Assembly: GCF_001194135.2 (NCBI RefSeq)
Contig: NC_068986.1
Coordinates: 57,215,885-57,252,451, forward strand
DNA length: 36,567 nucleotides
Direction: 5' to 3'
From: Octopus bimaculoides
Lineage: Eukaryota
Below, piece by piece: positions 23,868-36,232 of this stretch; within the stretch, counting starts at the first letter, position 1; each line of letters begins with the position of its first letter. The position numbers and the translations under genes were made by a program. Below the pieces are notes generated by a model. That model did not search any database, had not been told where the DNA came from, and saw only the letters and a program-made list of their open reading frames with translations.

Positions 23868-24743
23868 TGAATTAGCTGTCAGCCGCTTAGCCGCCTTTCT
23901 CTGACAGCGAATGGTGGGTATTTTCGTTTGTCAGCTGTCTCAAGATTATGAGATAAATTTCGTAAAGTGTAGAACAAAATTTTAAAAAGCAGTGTTATAT
24001 TTTTGAAAATAGCTCAAAACGGAACTTCATTTACAAATAAATTGAAATTATTTATAAAGAGTTGCTCGTGAGTTGCTTTAAAGTAACAAGCAGCCGAAAT
24101 GAAATATATACATAAATAGCAACGACTAGTTTTGAGAAACCGTGTAATCCCAATCTGGCATTTCTTAAATATAATATCTCTGTATGAATGCCAATCTAAC
24201 CTTTTACTCTTTGTATGAATTACCAGCCTCGAGTAAATAAAGGCTGCAACGTATATTGAACGTAATTTCTTTTGTGTCAATCTTCAAGAGAGCGTGCAAG
24301 TGTGTGTATATGTCTCTGTCTATTAAATTAAGGTTAGACCCAGCTTAAGAATAGCAAACGGGCACGTATTGATGGGTTGTCTCAATGCTGTGAGTAGAGT
24401 CAAATTTATTATTAAATTCATCAGCACACACTCACAAACATATATGCACATACACATACACACACACACATCCGCACATAATTTGCAACAAGAACACTAG
24501 TTGCGTTATCACCTTCGTTAGTTTATAGTGGAGGAGATGTCATATTGCACTGGGCCTGCACTAGGCAAGAAGTTAAAAAATTTTGGGGCCTAAAACATTA
24601 CATGGACCTAAGTATACGATGCATACGTGTCAGCCTCGTTACTCTTCATCTATTGCGAATACCGAAGTAGTACTTCGCAACCCTGTAACAACAATCCGGT
24701 TTTATTACACATATGTGATAACACACACACGCACACACACGCG

Positions 24744-24794
<51 letters not shown>

Positions 24795-25040
24795 TTACAA
24801 ACAACCACGCAGAGACTCATACACTCATATTCTCATTCACATACACACTTTCTTTTGTATAATTTTACATACAAATGACATGTTGTACAAGGCATACTCA
24901 CCTCACTACTCAACCCAGCTCTGTACACGCATGTAACAACTGTTTGTACAGTCTCTTCTCTCAAATGGATACAGAGTTCGTTCGATCTGAAGGCGATAGA
25001 TCCTAAAACAACAACCACAATAACAAGTACAACAACAATA

Positions 25041-25099
<59 letters not shown>

Positions 25100-25544
25100 C
25101 ACTCAGAACGTAAAGCACCAGAAGAAATGGTTAGAAAGTATTTATCAAAAGTAAGGATCGGGGATTGTATATTCACAATTGGACTCGTGTAACACCTGTA
25201 TTCAAACATCTTTATAAATCAGTCACGAGAGGAAAAACAGTGCCAAAGGGCCTCGCATTCAATGCCATATGATTTCTTTCTATGATTTCTCTCTGTCTCT
25301 CTATGATTTCTTTTCGTATTGCATGATTTCCAAAACGTTGGTTTACTTACTAAGCATTTCAAGTACTCTTTTGAACTCTTAAACGAGTACCGTATCACAT
25401 ACATTCATACATACATACATACATACATGCATACATACATACATACATACATACATACATACCTATATACATACATACGTACATAAATAGATGCATTCAC
25501 ATATATATTCATATTTGTAAGTATGTATGTACGTATAATGTATG

Positions 25545-25598
<54 letters not shown>

Positions 25599-25754
25599 CA
25601 TATATATACATGTACATTCATACACTTGTATATACGTGTGTATGTATCTAAATTTACGTATACATATTTACATATGTATACTTATATGTATGCATGCATA
25701 CATGGATGTATGTACACACACGCACAAACTCACACGCATGCACTCACGCCCACG

Positions 25755-25797
<43 letters not shown>

Positions 25798-25807
25798 NNN
25801 NNNNNNN

Positions 25808-25851
<44 letters not shown>

Positions 25852-27200
25852 TGCATATATTTATTTATATCTCTGTGGGTGCGCTTGTGTATATACGTAT
25901 CTCTAAATGGCGATAACTGTCCCATTATAATTTAAATAATTAATGATTAAATAAATATCTAAAAGGAATATACCATGAGACTGAAACACAGAAAGAATAT
26001 GCATGAAAAGGGAAAGCAATATAAAGAAAATAATAACCGTACGTAAAGTTGGGGGGAAAAGGATTACGAACATCAAAATGAGACATGAGAGAAAGTGGGT
26101 AAGCCAGAATGGGTTGCTTCCTTAAGGAAAATAACATTTCCAGAAAGACATAAACACGGTAAGTTTTACCTCAGTAAATTGGCGTATCTATTTGTGTGTG
26201 TGTGTGTGTGTGTGTATAAACATAGGTCTCACAAACACATATGAGACTCTTTAATTTTTATATATGAAATCGTGGTATGTAACCTGATTAAATGTGTTAA
26301 ACAGCGGTATGTTTTAAGTTGGAGACAGACATATTATGTATGTGTGTAAGTGTGCGTAAGATTCACTCCTACATACATGCATGCATGCATACATACATAC
26401 ATACATACATACATACGTACATACGTACACACATACACACATACATACATACATACATGCATGCATACATACATACATAAATGCATACATAGGTTCGTAC
26501 GGACACACACGCACATATAGATACGCATTGGTTCGTTGCTGAAATTACGAAGAACTGTGATGTATTATCGGGCGAGATTATAACACCCGCTAATGTCATT
26601 ATAACGTCTGAAGTGTTAGACGTAGATGAAGAGGTACGAGCGGTAAAATGAACTGCACATGAAACAAAACAACTTATCTCGGTGCCTTGCTTTACATTTT
26701 TATCTGAGTAGATTACAATAATAGTTTTGACATTGCAAGAGATGATGTAATATTCTTCGCCTTTGGTTTAGCTGAACGCCGCAAATTTATTACAGGAACT
26801 TATTTGCGACGTCTCCAGTGGGATTTCAATTCGGAAACGGTAGGCAACCAAATTATATATATTGAAAGCGAATTAGTTCAACCTTTCTAGCAGCGGATCG
26901 AAACCGTGTCATTGATTTAGTTCAACGAGGATTTATCGTTGTGTCACACTATTATACTGTGTCCCTTAGGAGTAATTAGAAAATCGTGTGAAGTCTGTGA
27001 CTTTTGCAAGTAAAATTACTCAGATTGAGAATCGAAACTGTGTTTGACATAGAAGCAGTCTACCGAACTGTTTGATTCAGCAAAAGTACCTCAAGTTATT
27101 CAAGCGATTTGCTAAAAATAACAGCCAAATCTCACTCAAGTAATATATTTCAGTCTTTAGACAGTAAACAAATTTTAAGTGCTCTTAACAAAAGTCAAGA

Positions 27201-27615
27201 GGCGCAGGCGTGGATGTGTGGTATGAAGCTTATTTCGCCACCACATGGTTCCGGTTTCGTGCCTGTCTGTGTCAAATTAGGCAAGTGTCTTCTACTATAA
27301 CCTTGGGCCGACTAAAGCCGTGTGAGTGAATTTGGTAGATGGAAACTGAAAGACGCCCGTCCTATATATATAGTTATACATCTATGTGTGTGTGCGTGTC
27401 TTTGTTTCTGTGTTTCTCCCACATTACTCTTTGACAACCGGTGTTGGTGTGTTTACGTTTCCGTAACCTAGCAGTTCAACAAAATGTTCTGACAGAATAA
27501 GTACTAGGCTTAGAATATGGCTTTAAAAATTCCTAGATCCGATTTGTTCGACTAAAACCCTTTAAGGCGGTGTTGCAGCATGGCCGCAGTCAAAGGATAA
27601 AAGATACAAGAATGA
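27201..27615 (+). mobile_element. SINE family A, full-length older copy
   Basis: Collinear with 19760-20248: head ggcgcaggcgtggatgtgtgg, ggcaagtgtcttctactata, gtagatggaaactgaaag, gaataagtactaggctt, cagcatggccgcagtcaaa. Confidence 0.88.
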
Positions 27616-27771
27616 ACAATGATAATTTTTTATGTTTAACATAATAAATATGATGATGAATGATGGCATCTAATAAGTCGTACAACAGCAAAGCTGGGTC
27701 TAAATACCGCAACCGCCTTTTTTCAATTAATATTTTAAAGGCCTGAATCGACAAAACATTTTTATCTTTTA

Positions 27772-29100
27772 CATTGAATTGCAAAAGAAACGCGATTCTT
27801 TCAAATGTCATTTTGATATGGTAATTTCTGAAAAGTTATTTCGTGCAGATAACCTTTCAACTTACCCTGATACGAGATGCCAAAACGTAGCTGCGTTGAA
27901 TGCCGTTGGTGGCAGTCGCAAATAGTTGCTATGAAAACCGAAATACACGTGCATCTCGTGGAGATTATTGGTATAAAAATCAACTTGAACCGCGTTCCTG
28001 GCATTCGTATTTGGACGCATCAGGTATGACCCAGTTGTCAGCAGCGCAGAGAGAACAAGCAATCGGACAATTGCAAGCAGGGCAGCATGACCTGGTTGTT
28101 GCGAAAGCTTACAAAGTCCATATCAGCACTATCTATCGCCTGAAACAGCGATACAACAACACCAACAGCACTGCAGACCGTACTCGCACAGGGCACTCCC
28201 GGGTGACCACGCCCAGGCAGGACCGCTTCATCCGCCTGCAACACCTCCGTGATCGCTTCAGACCGGCCAGCGTGACAGCTCGCGAGATTATTGGCACTGG
28301 ACAGCGACCCATCAGCGACGACACGGTACAACGTCGAATGGCAGCCACAAACCTGTGCTGCCGTCGTCCTGCTCAAGGGCCTGTCCTCACCGCCCTCCAC
28401 TGTCAGGCACGACTACAGTTGGCTACACAGCACCGGCAAAAAAAAAAAGATCATGGTTTGGTGTGTTATAGGCCTGAATCAGAGAATTGGGCCCTATGTG
28501 TTCCAAAATGTAGGTGCAGGTAGAGGGAATGGCATAACAGCACAGCGCTACGTTGATCAGATCCTAAGACCTCACATCGTGCCCTTCTTCGCGCTTCCCA
28601 CTAGCCACGTGTTCCTGCAGGACAATGTTCTCTCCCACACGGCTAGGGTCAGCATGGACTTCTTGCGTCAGCACAACATCAGAACCATGTCATGGCTGGC
28701 TCTCAGCTCGGATTTGAACCCAACTGAACTCCTGTGGGATGAAATCCTGAGACGGCTGAACCAGGTGGTCCCAAGGCCGACAACTCGTGTGGAACTGGAG
28801 GCAGCTTTCCTCAAGGTGTGGGCACAGGTGTCAATGGCTTTTGTGAACCGCTCGTGCACTCCATGTACCGACGGTGTATGGTCGTGTTGAAAACGCAGGG
28901 AGGGCATACACGTATTGAACATGTCACGTCCTACAATCTCTATGTGCTGGACCCGCCCACTACCAGAACATACAACTACCAATAGACTGTGATCAAAATG
29001 CATCCAATAAATTGACTTGATCAATATTTATCTCTGACATAATGAAATTAAAACATATTTCACAGTTACACGCGTCTCGTGTTTCTTTTGCGTAATAGTG
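27772..29100 (+). mobile_element. Tc1-like (DD34E) DNA transposon with internally deleted transposase
   Basis: ATG at 28026: paired-like HTH (MTQLSAAQREQAIG...STIYRL), TGHSRVTTPRQDR, then MVW, FLQDN-x34-E (SDLNPTELLW), ending GGHTRY* at 28918. TIRs (cattgaattgcaaaagaaacgcga vs reverse complement cactattacgcaaaagaaacacga) flanked by TA at 27770-27771 and 29101-29102. Confidence 0.93.
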
Positions 29101-29334
29101 TAGTCAGAAAAGAAGTGTCCATGATATTTTTCAGGTTATCTGGAAATTAGGAGAAAGGTACTCCAAACCGAATGCCTGGAACGAATCCTTTCAACAAAGA
29201 AAATCTCCTTAAGATACACATGGACCAAGTATTTATGTTCAACGGATTAAGTGTAATAGACTAATGCGCGATATGAACTCAAAATACAGAGTCAAAATAA
29301 ATATTGGTTTGAATTTTGACACCAATTTGACACC

Positions 29335-29615
29335 AAAAGGCCAGCAATTTCAGGGGAGGGAATAAGTCGACTACATCGACGAATTACCACTAAGCAATTT
29401 GATAAGCGTGCTAACGATTCTGCCAGCCCACCGCCTTATAGGCCTTATAGGATAGTCGATTATATCGACCACAGTGCTCATATTGTACTTGTTTTATCGA
29501 CGCCGAAATGATGAAAAGCGAAGTCAACCTCGACAACATTTGAACTCAGCACCTAACGACGAAAAGCTGCTGAGCATTTTGCACGGCCTGTTAACGATTC
29601 TACCAGTTTGCTGTT
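29335..29615 (-). mobile_element. Two adjacent degenerate SINE family B copies
   Basis: Repeated gtcga-ta-atcgac and gctaacgattctgccagc motifs, gatgaaaagcgaagtcaacctcg and B-box catttgaactc (29537-29547), all matching 7990-8204. Confidence 0.7.
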
Positions 29616-30429
29616 TTGAGAGTCAAAACAGATATTGCAAGGTATCCAGACACTAACGATTCTGTTCCTCAAGCGCTTTAACCTCTGCAGAATTTAAATT
29701 CAGAACACAAGAAGCTAGAATAAACATCAACGTAAAGCTTCTGTCAGGCCACTGTCTAGAAACTGGTCGAGTGTTACAGAATGCCAATGCTCTAACCACT
29801 AGACTAGAAAACTAATATGTCTTCATTATTGGTAAAGACATACAAACGCCATATCCCTGGGACTACACAGATGTCTTAAGACATAATTATTAAGACTACG
29901 TTCGAATAATAGATACCCCAAAACTGACTGGATGAATAAAATTGGAATATTTTTCAGTCTCCCACCAATTTGTTTCGGGCAGAAACTGAACAGCTTTAAC
30001 CGACGCACTCAAACACCTCATAACCAGCCGACTGAGCCTAATCAATGACAACAACCAACCATCGAAATAGCCTAATAAGCTCCCTAGTGAAATTTTCACT
30101 AAAATTTTCCCTGAAGAGATATTCTCTTTCTTCGTGTTACAAATCTTAAAAGTTTAGTATAATTACATCCAGCCAACGTTGAGTACAATTTTTTTTTCAG
30201 TGGATTATATATACAGTGGATTATATATACTCAATAAACGTGAACAGAGTAAATGTTATTTATTTAAAGATGAACAAACTTTAAGAATTTAAACAAAGCT
30301 ATAGAGTTCATTAGTAGCTGTTGATGTTATTGTGGTTTTGCCTTCAGTTACTCCTGACAAAGCAGACATGTGATTAAATGTATTTTAAACGACACTCTCA
30401 CCATTTTTTTCTTTCAGGTACAGCGTAAG

Positions 30430-30995
30430 GTTGGTCGGAACTCCATTCACAATCCCTTTCCACACTACGCGATCCTGCATTGCTGTGTTCAGATCTCTAA
30501 TATCCAGCTCTGAGTCCCGAGATATAGTATCTGGAAATGTCAGTTTCCTGGAGAAAACACTTCCAGAGGGATGCCGTAGGAGCAACAATGAGATAACCTC
30601 TTTCTCTGCTCGATAACAGGGGCCAGCAAATTGTAGCCGTTTCTGCTTTAGCTTGTGGGATATTGGCATCAGATTTCTGTAAATGTTACTGTGTTGGGTG
30701 TGATCTCCAACTGATGTTCTGTATCTTTCTGAGAAGGATGGTATATGTTCCATCTAATTGTTTTTCTAAGAGAGCCGATAAAGTCCAGGTCTCTGATCCA
30801 CAGAGAAGGATAGGCTCAATCAGTGTTCTAAATATTTTAGCTTTTAACGTGGGTGGAAGGTGTGAGTACCAGATCTTATCAAGTCTGTTACGTGCTGTAT
30901 CTGTTCCAACTCTGTGTTTTGAATTCAAACCCTGCCGATGTTAACGTTGCCAGTTTCTTTAATAAAGTGCCAATCAAATACTGAAGTTCATTCTT
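30430..30995 (-). mobile_element. 3' fragment of a second RTE-clade LINE
   Basis: KIFRTLIEPILLCGSETWTLS..LEKQLDGTYTILLRKIQNISW...KQKRLQFAGPCYR...LTFPDTISRD...AMQDRVVWKGIV. Confidence 0.88.
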
Positions 30996-32681
30996 CTCTC
31001 TCCGTCTCTCTTCCACGGAATCAGCCACAAGATCGTAAAGGTCCGCACATAGCATTCCATTTTCCAGAAATAAAGAAACGTTGAATGAGGGGTAATAACC
31101 ACTTCTTAAAAAAAAAATTCAATAAATAAATTCTACTGAAAGAGTCTATAAGTGGACCGATGTGCATTAGAGCTAAGGACAGAAAATAAAGAAACTTTGC
31201 TGTTGCGATCACATTATCTAATACGTCTTCACTTTTTAAGATAAAGTGGATTTTGAAGAAGATTTGATTATTATTTCATGCGGTCTGAACGTCCATGTTG
31301 CGGCTCATCATTGGCTCACCAATTGTTACTAATGGAATATTGAAAGAATACACTCAGTCTAGCAGCAAGCCGAGTCTTAAGGAATACTTTAACTGCTTCT
31401 TATTCTGATAAAGGTAATATAGATATGAAGCTTCGAATTTACGAGAGAAAGGAGGTGAGAGAGGGAGAAAATGTGGAAATAGAAATATAACGAAAGAAGA
31501 AAACACAAAGAAATAATGAAAACAAGAAAGGAAATTGAGATGTTGTGATGTTCAAGTTTACATTTTCATGAGGCTTTTCAGATGTGAGCGAAACAAGTTA
31601 AACTGAAAATTCAGAACCACTTGGGCTCGCCGCGAATTTAACAGTTACCTAAATGGCGCCCGACCTATCGCAGAAAATAGAAATAAAAACATCAGTGATG
31701 GATTATAATACAATTGATACAAAAGCAAAAACAACAACGTTGATAACAACAACATCAATAATAACGGCAACAACAATGAGAATATAAGAATTGTAATACG
31801 ATTGATACATAAATAACAACAATAGCAATAAAAAGTTTAAATGGTATAAAAAAGAACAAATGAATGACGAAGTCGAAAATGATGAACAAGATGTGGAGTT
31901 GTAAACCATAAGGGGATAGCACTGTGAGGTAGAAAGGGGAGTTGTGTCAAGTGAAGGAGAGAGTGAGAGATAAGGAGAGTGAAGTAGGTGAGTGGGATGG
32001 GAAGTGAATCAGAAGAAAAGAACGGTGATGATGTAGGAGAGGAGCGGGATGTGATAAGTGGAAAGAAAAAGAAAATAGATGGGGGATGTAAAGGGATGGG
32101 GTCGGTGAGGAAAGAAGGTTGCGGAAGTGTATGCCTGTGTGTGCCTGATTTATGTTGTGTGATGCGTGTGTGGGATGAGGCATGTATGTGCGTGTGTATG
32201 TGTATGATACATCCAGACGCACATACATATGTGGGTGTGTGGTAACGAGACACACATGAACCTCACAGGATACATCTTAATTCATCTCATCGAGATAGTT
32301 ATCCACTGAGAGTGCTCAACAACTAATTATAAATTAGACGGGGCTACGATCAATGTCTTTCTGAAATGTATAAATAAAAAGAACGAGTATATACATATAT
32401 ATATATATATATATATANNNNNNNNNNNNNNNNNNNNNNNNNNNNNNNNNNNNNNNNNNNNNNNNNNNNNNNNNNNNNNNNNTCAATTATCTGCAGACTA
32501 TAGTTTCAAAATCAACACTTTCAAAATAAAAGTGTCTATTTATCTTCAGTACAGATTGCCGATATTTTTACAATCGAACAGAATCTCGTGCTAGTTGTCT
32601 TCAACTAGTGAAAGCGTGCACGTGATTCTATCCATTATAAAGATTAAAATTCAAAAGTCTTAGTTTTGGCGCGCTGAATCA

Positions 32682-32877
32682 GGCGCAGGCGTCGCTGTCT
32701 GGTAAGAAGCTTCCTTCCCAACCACATGCTTCGGCTTTCAATCCCACTGCGTGGTAACTTGGTCAAGTGTCTTTTTCTTTAGCTTCGCGGCGACCAAATC
32801 TTGTGAGTGGATTTATTAGACGGAAACTGAAAAAAGATTGCCGTATATATATAAACAAACATACATATATACATATA
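32682..32877 (+). mobile_element. SINE family A, 5' half only
   Basis: ggcgcaggcgtcgctgtctggtaagaagctt...ccaaccacatg...tcaagtgtctt...gtgagtggattt...gacggaaactgaaa, ending in the TA-rich spacer. Confidence 0.82.
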
Positions 32878-33107
32878 CAGGTTTGGCCAGAAGTGACACG
32901 ACAGTAAATCGAAATATCATAAACACTATCTGTAATTCTCTATTGACTCGAATGGAAAAACGTGTCGCTGAAGGACTTCAGTTTGAACAATTTTCATGAG
33001 GTTTCATATTTAGATGCTTTTATTAAATTCATTCAGTTGCTAAACATAAATAAATCTTGGAATAAAATGGTTATGATTTACTGTCGAGTGACTTTTGGCC
33101 AACTCTG
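32878..33107. mobile_element. 230-bp MITE with 33-bp TIRs (Tc1/mariner-type ends)
   Basis: caggtttggccagaagtgacacgacagtaaatc (32878-32910) vs gatttactgtcgagtgacttttggccaactctg (33075-33107): 28/33 complementary. TA on the left, TG on the right; AT-rich non-coding interior. Confidence 0.8.
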
Positions 33108-33113
33108 TGTGTG

Positions 33114-33144
<31 letters not shown>

Positions 33145-33774
33145 GCGTGTGTGTGTGTGTATGTGTGCGTGTGTGTGTGTGTGTGTGTGTGCTTGTGTGA
33201 ATGTATGTATTCGCACGCCCTTGTATGAGTGTAAACCTCTAAGTTCAAGCTGGTCATTTGCAAAAAAATAATAATAATAAATAAATAAATAAATAAATAC
33301 GTAAATGTAGAGTAAGGTGTGTATTTATAAGAAGCGTCCTACATAAGTACTTATGTTTCGAATCAAATTTCGTCTAGGTCACCAAGCAGATATGGGAGTA
33401 GTTTGTTATATATAATGTGGAGGTCATCATAAATACTTTATATATGTACGTATGCATTTACGTATGTATAGAAGCCTGTATGGACAAATGTATGCATACA
33501 TGCATGTATGCCATTTTTGGGGGATCTACTTATTTTTTTTCTCCACAGAATTCAAGCTGCTCAATAATAAAATGACTAGACATTTTCGTTTATGTCAATA
33601 CAAATCTTGTGGTTTGTAGATATATGAGTTACTGCGTGCATATATGTGTATATTTGTGTGTGGGGGTGGGGGTGGATAAACTTGCACTCTCGTCGCACGT
33701 GTGCATGTCACTTTAGTACACAAGTATGTGCATAATGTATGTATGTATGTATGTATGTATGTATGTATAGATTT

Positions 33775-34235
33775 GGTTGAGGCAACTTGTGTGCAGTTTG
33801 TACATAATGTTTAAGCAAGAAATGGGCCATCCATAGTTTTCAGCGAACTCGGTGGTTTCGTTCTTGGCTACAATTTTTTTCCGTGCTATAGCAAGCCAAT
33901 TTGGTATATCAATCTGACCTTCCATAGTGTTTGTGAATATACATATAAGTGGTTTCCTTTAAAACGTGAGGCTCAGTATCCAACTATTAGGTCTCTTCTA
34001 GGTGCTTTCCCATTGTGCAGTTTGCAGACAGCTATGGTGAAAATTCTCGGATCAAATGCATATGTTTTACTGTCGATGTTGGTTCAATATTCTCTCCGTA
34101 CTGTATTTAGCCACGGTACATTAAGGTTTAAATATAGCTTTTCGTTCGACATTTTCAACCAGAATGCTTCAAGACCATCTTGAGAGGGGTCTTTCTTAGC
34201 GGTAATATTTTCCTTGCTCATCTCTCTGTGTAACG
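33775..34235 (-). mobile_element. Third R4/Dong-clade RT fragment (pre-RT and first RT domains)
   Basis: LHREMSKE...LEAFWLKMSNEK...VPWL, LHNGKAPRRDLIVGY*, IPNWLAIARKKIVAKNETTEFAENYGWPISCLNIMYKLHTSCLN; homologous to WKAPG/NYRPTTCL of the 20.3-kb element. Confidence 0.75.
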
Positions 34236-34244
34236 TGTGCGATT

Positions 34245-34276
<32 letters not shown>

Positions 34277-34352
34277 TGTTTGTATGTATGTATGTATGTA
34301 TGTATGTATGTATGCATGTATGTATGTATGTATGCATGCATGTATGTATGTA

Positions 34353-34680
34353 TCCTAGAGGAAGATGCTCTAGCTTTATCAACAGTGCAAAAGTAGGCAG
34401 CTGAATTTCGGGGGCGAACGGAGAGTCTTGAAGATGACGCAAGATCTGGATGTCCTGCAACTGCCACCACCGATGAAAACATTGATAATGTTCAACACAA
34501 GCCGATGGATAACAGGTGATTGACTATAAATCAATTAGCCAACGCTGTTAGCATATCGTGTCAGAGGCTTGAGAATATTCTGAACAACGAACTTGGCATG
34601 AGGAAAGTTTCTGCTTGGTGGGTGCCAGGTCATCTAACACCTCATCAGAAATGCATTAAGTTGATCACTTTTCTCATGCC
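34353..34680 (+). mobile_element. Mariner transposase N-terminal fragment
   Basis: ALALSTVQK*AAEFRGRTESLEDDARSGCPATATTDENI...LGMRKVSAWWVPGHLT (HTH and WVP motif). Confidence 0.85.
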
Positions 34681-34714
34681 AAGTTCATTGTTCAGAATAT
34701 TTTCAAGTCTGTTA

Positions 34715-35005
34715 TGACCATGGGATTGCACTTAGAAAAGTTACCTTCCGAGGCACAAGCTCACACATGGTTGTTTATGGAAAACCAGCAGTCGCCCATG
34801 CATAGCAGCCTCCCCTCTCCACGCCACATATGTTATCCAAAGGAAAGGCAATGGCCGATCTAGCTTGGTACCAGTAACATTGCAACTCATTTCTACAGCT
34901 GAATGAACTGGATTAACGTGAAATAATGTGTCTTGCTCAAGGGCACAACACACAGCCCAGTCTGGGAATCGAACTCACTGCCTCATGATTGTGAGCCCGA
35001 TGCCT
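34715..35005 (-). mobile_element. tRNA-derived SINE (further family), 5' end eroded
   Basis: Minus strand gggctcacaatcatgaggcagtGAGTTCGATTCCcagactggg...gtgcccttgagcaagacac...; the head resembles that of the SINE at 2426-2835. Confidence 0.7.
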
Positions 35006-35380
35006 TGCATATATACACATACACAGATATTTCCAAACACATACTCCTCTTCACAAATATTTTATATGACATTAACTCAAAAGTAAGCAATTCAACTAAA
35101 TGGCAGAGTTTCATTTTCGAATAGACCTCAAACACTGACTCACAGAATGTAGTTTCCTCTTCCTTGTGCTTTTAATACTACAAAAATGATATTTTATCAA
35201 ATGAACCTAGTTAACAGCAAATCCTTTCTACTCCTGAACTTCGATCCACCCGTTTCTTGTAACGACGTATCTTATTACGTATCATCTCACAGACTGGGTA
35301 CGAAACACTATCCCAGTTCTTTCTTCTCTGAACTGAAATATTTTGAAATTTCCTTTTCGCTTGCGTTTTCTTTCTCTGCA

Positions 35381-35410
35381 CATAATAAGCTACAGATGTA
35401 GCTTATTATG
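35381..35410. repeat. Perfect 14-bp inverted repeat with 2-nt spacer
   Basis: cataataagctaca-ga-tgtagcttattatg. Confidence 0.95.
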
Positions 35411-35644
35411 AGAGTCAAGTACATAATCCTAACACACTGGTAGGACATACATTGCTCCACTCCCTTATAGAAATTGCTTATGGAAAGCTCTACCACATTT
35501 TCATCTTGGGTATAGAGAGAAAGGAGCAGTAAGGGGGAAACATATATAAGGAATACAATGCATATAATAATTCCCGCTTTCTTCTTTTTTCGGGAAGGCG
35601 AATTTCAAAGAAAACTATAAACAATAGTGTGGACAAAAAAGTCG

Positions 35645-35720
35645 AAGGCTGCCAGTAGGACACGAACCCACATCTCCTGTAAACATGATAGCCTTTTTAA
35701 CATTAGAGCAATGAAATCCT
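35645..35720 (-). pseudogene. tRNA-like remnant (pseudo-tRNA or SINE head)
   Basis: B-box-like GGGTTCGTGTCC (35658-35669) and A-box-like TTGCTCTAATG (35701-35711); the cloverleaf is not convincingly intact. Confidence 0.3.
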
Positions 35721-35955
35721 TGAAATTTCTCTATCCATTTTAAAAACTGAACGTTTAATAGTGAGAATTGCATGTTGTTGATGTCATAAGAATTCAGAGT
35801 GGAAGTGAAGTAATTCTTTTATATAATGGGGAATCTTGAAGGAGGTACAGCTATAAATTATAGCGTGTAAATATTGGGTTGTATATGAATGAGTGTGTCT
35901 ATATGTGTATGTTGTGGGTTTGTGAGTAAATGCGTGTGTGAGTGTGTGTGAGTGT

Positions 35956-35993
<38 letters not shown>

Positions 35994-36232
35994 TTGTGTG
36001 TGTGTGTGTGTGTGTGTGTGAGTGTGTGTGTGTTTGTGTGTGCCTCATGTGGGAAAGTATACGCGTCAACCTACGCCTTGTGTGTAATATTGGATCGTTG
36101 AAAACTGATCGGAATCCCGTGAAATGAACCGTAATAATCTATAAATTGACAAAGTCTGATCTACAATTTTGTTAAATGTACAAGTGTTTGTGGAATACTC
36201 AGCCACATATCTCATAATTCAATGAATAAATA

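Noticed and set aside
23875-23940. 8-bp inverted repeat gctgtcag/ctgacagc and three TGACAG (TALE-type) motifs
   Set aside because: Short motifs are expected by chance, and there is no conservation data or convincing pre-miRNA stem.
24990-26520. Poly-V, poly-S, HT and YVCM ORFs
   Set aside because: Translations of (CTA)n, (CA)n, (TA)n and (TACA)n microsatellites.
28038-29024. Minus-strand ORFs of 118-120 aa
   Set aside because: Antisense shadows of the GC-rich Tc1 transposase.
29137-29255. Open frame GYLEIRRKVLQTECLERILSTKKISLRYTWTKY after a tttcag acceptor
   Set aside because: Short and unassignable; could be a LINE remnant (CLxRIL) or chance.
31654-31663. TGGCGCCCGA, the start of a tRNA-Lys primer-binding site
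   Set aside because: Only 10 nt match, it is not preceded by an LTR-ending CA, and no LTR or gag/pol lies nearby.
31925-32150. Purine-rich strand with short G runs (triplex/G4 candidate)
   Set aside because: Looks like decayed (GA)n low-complexity sequence; no regular G3 tracts or mirror symmetry.
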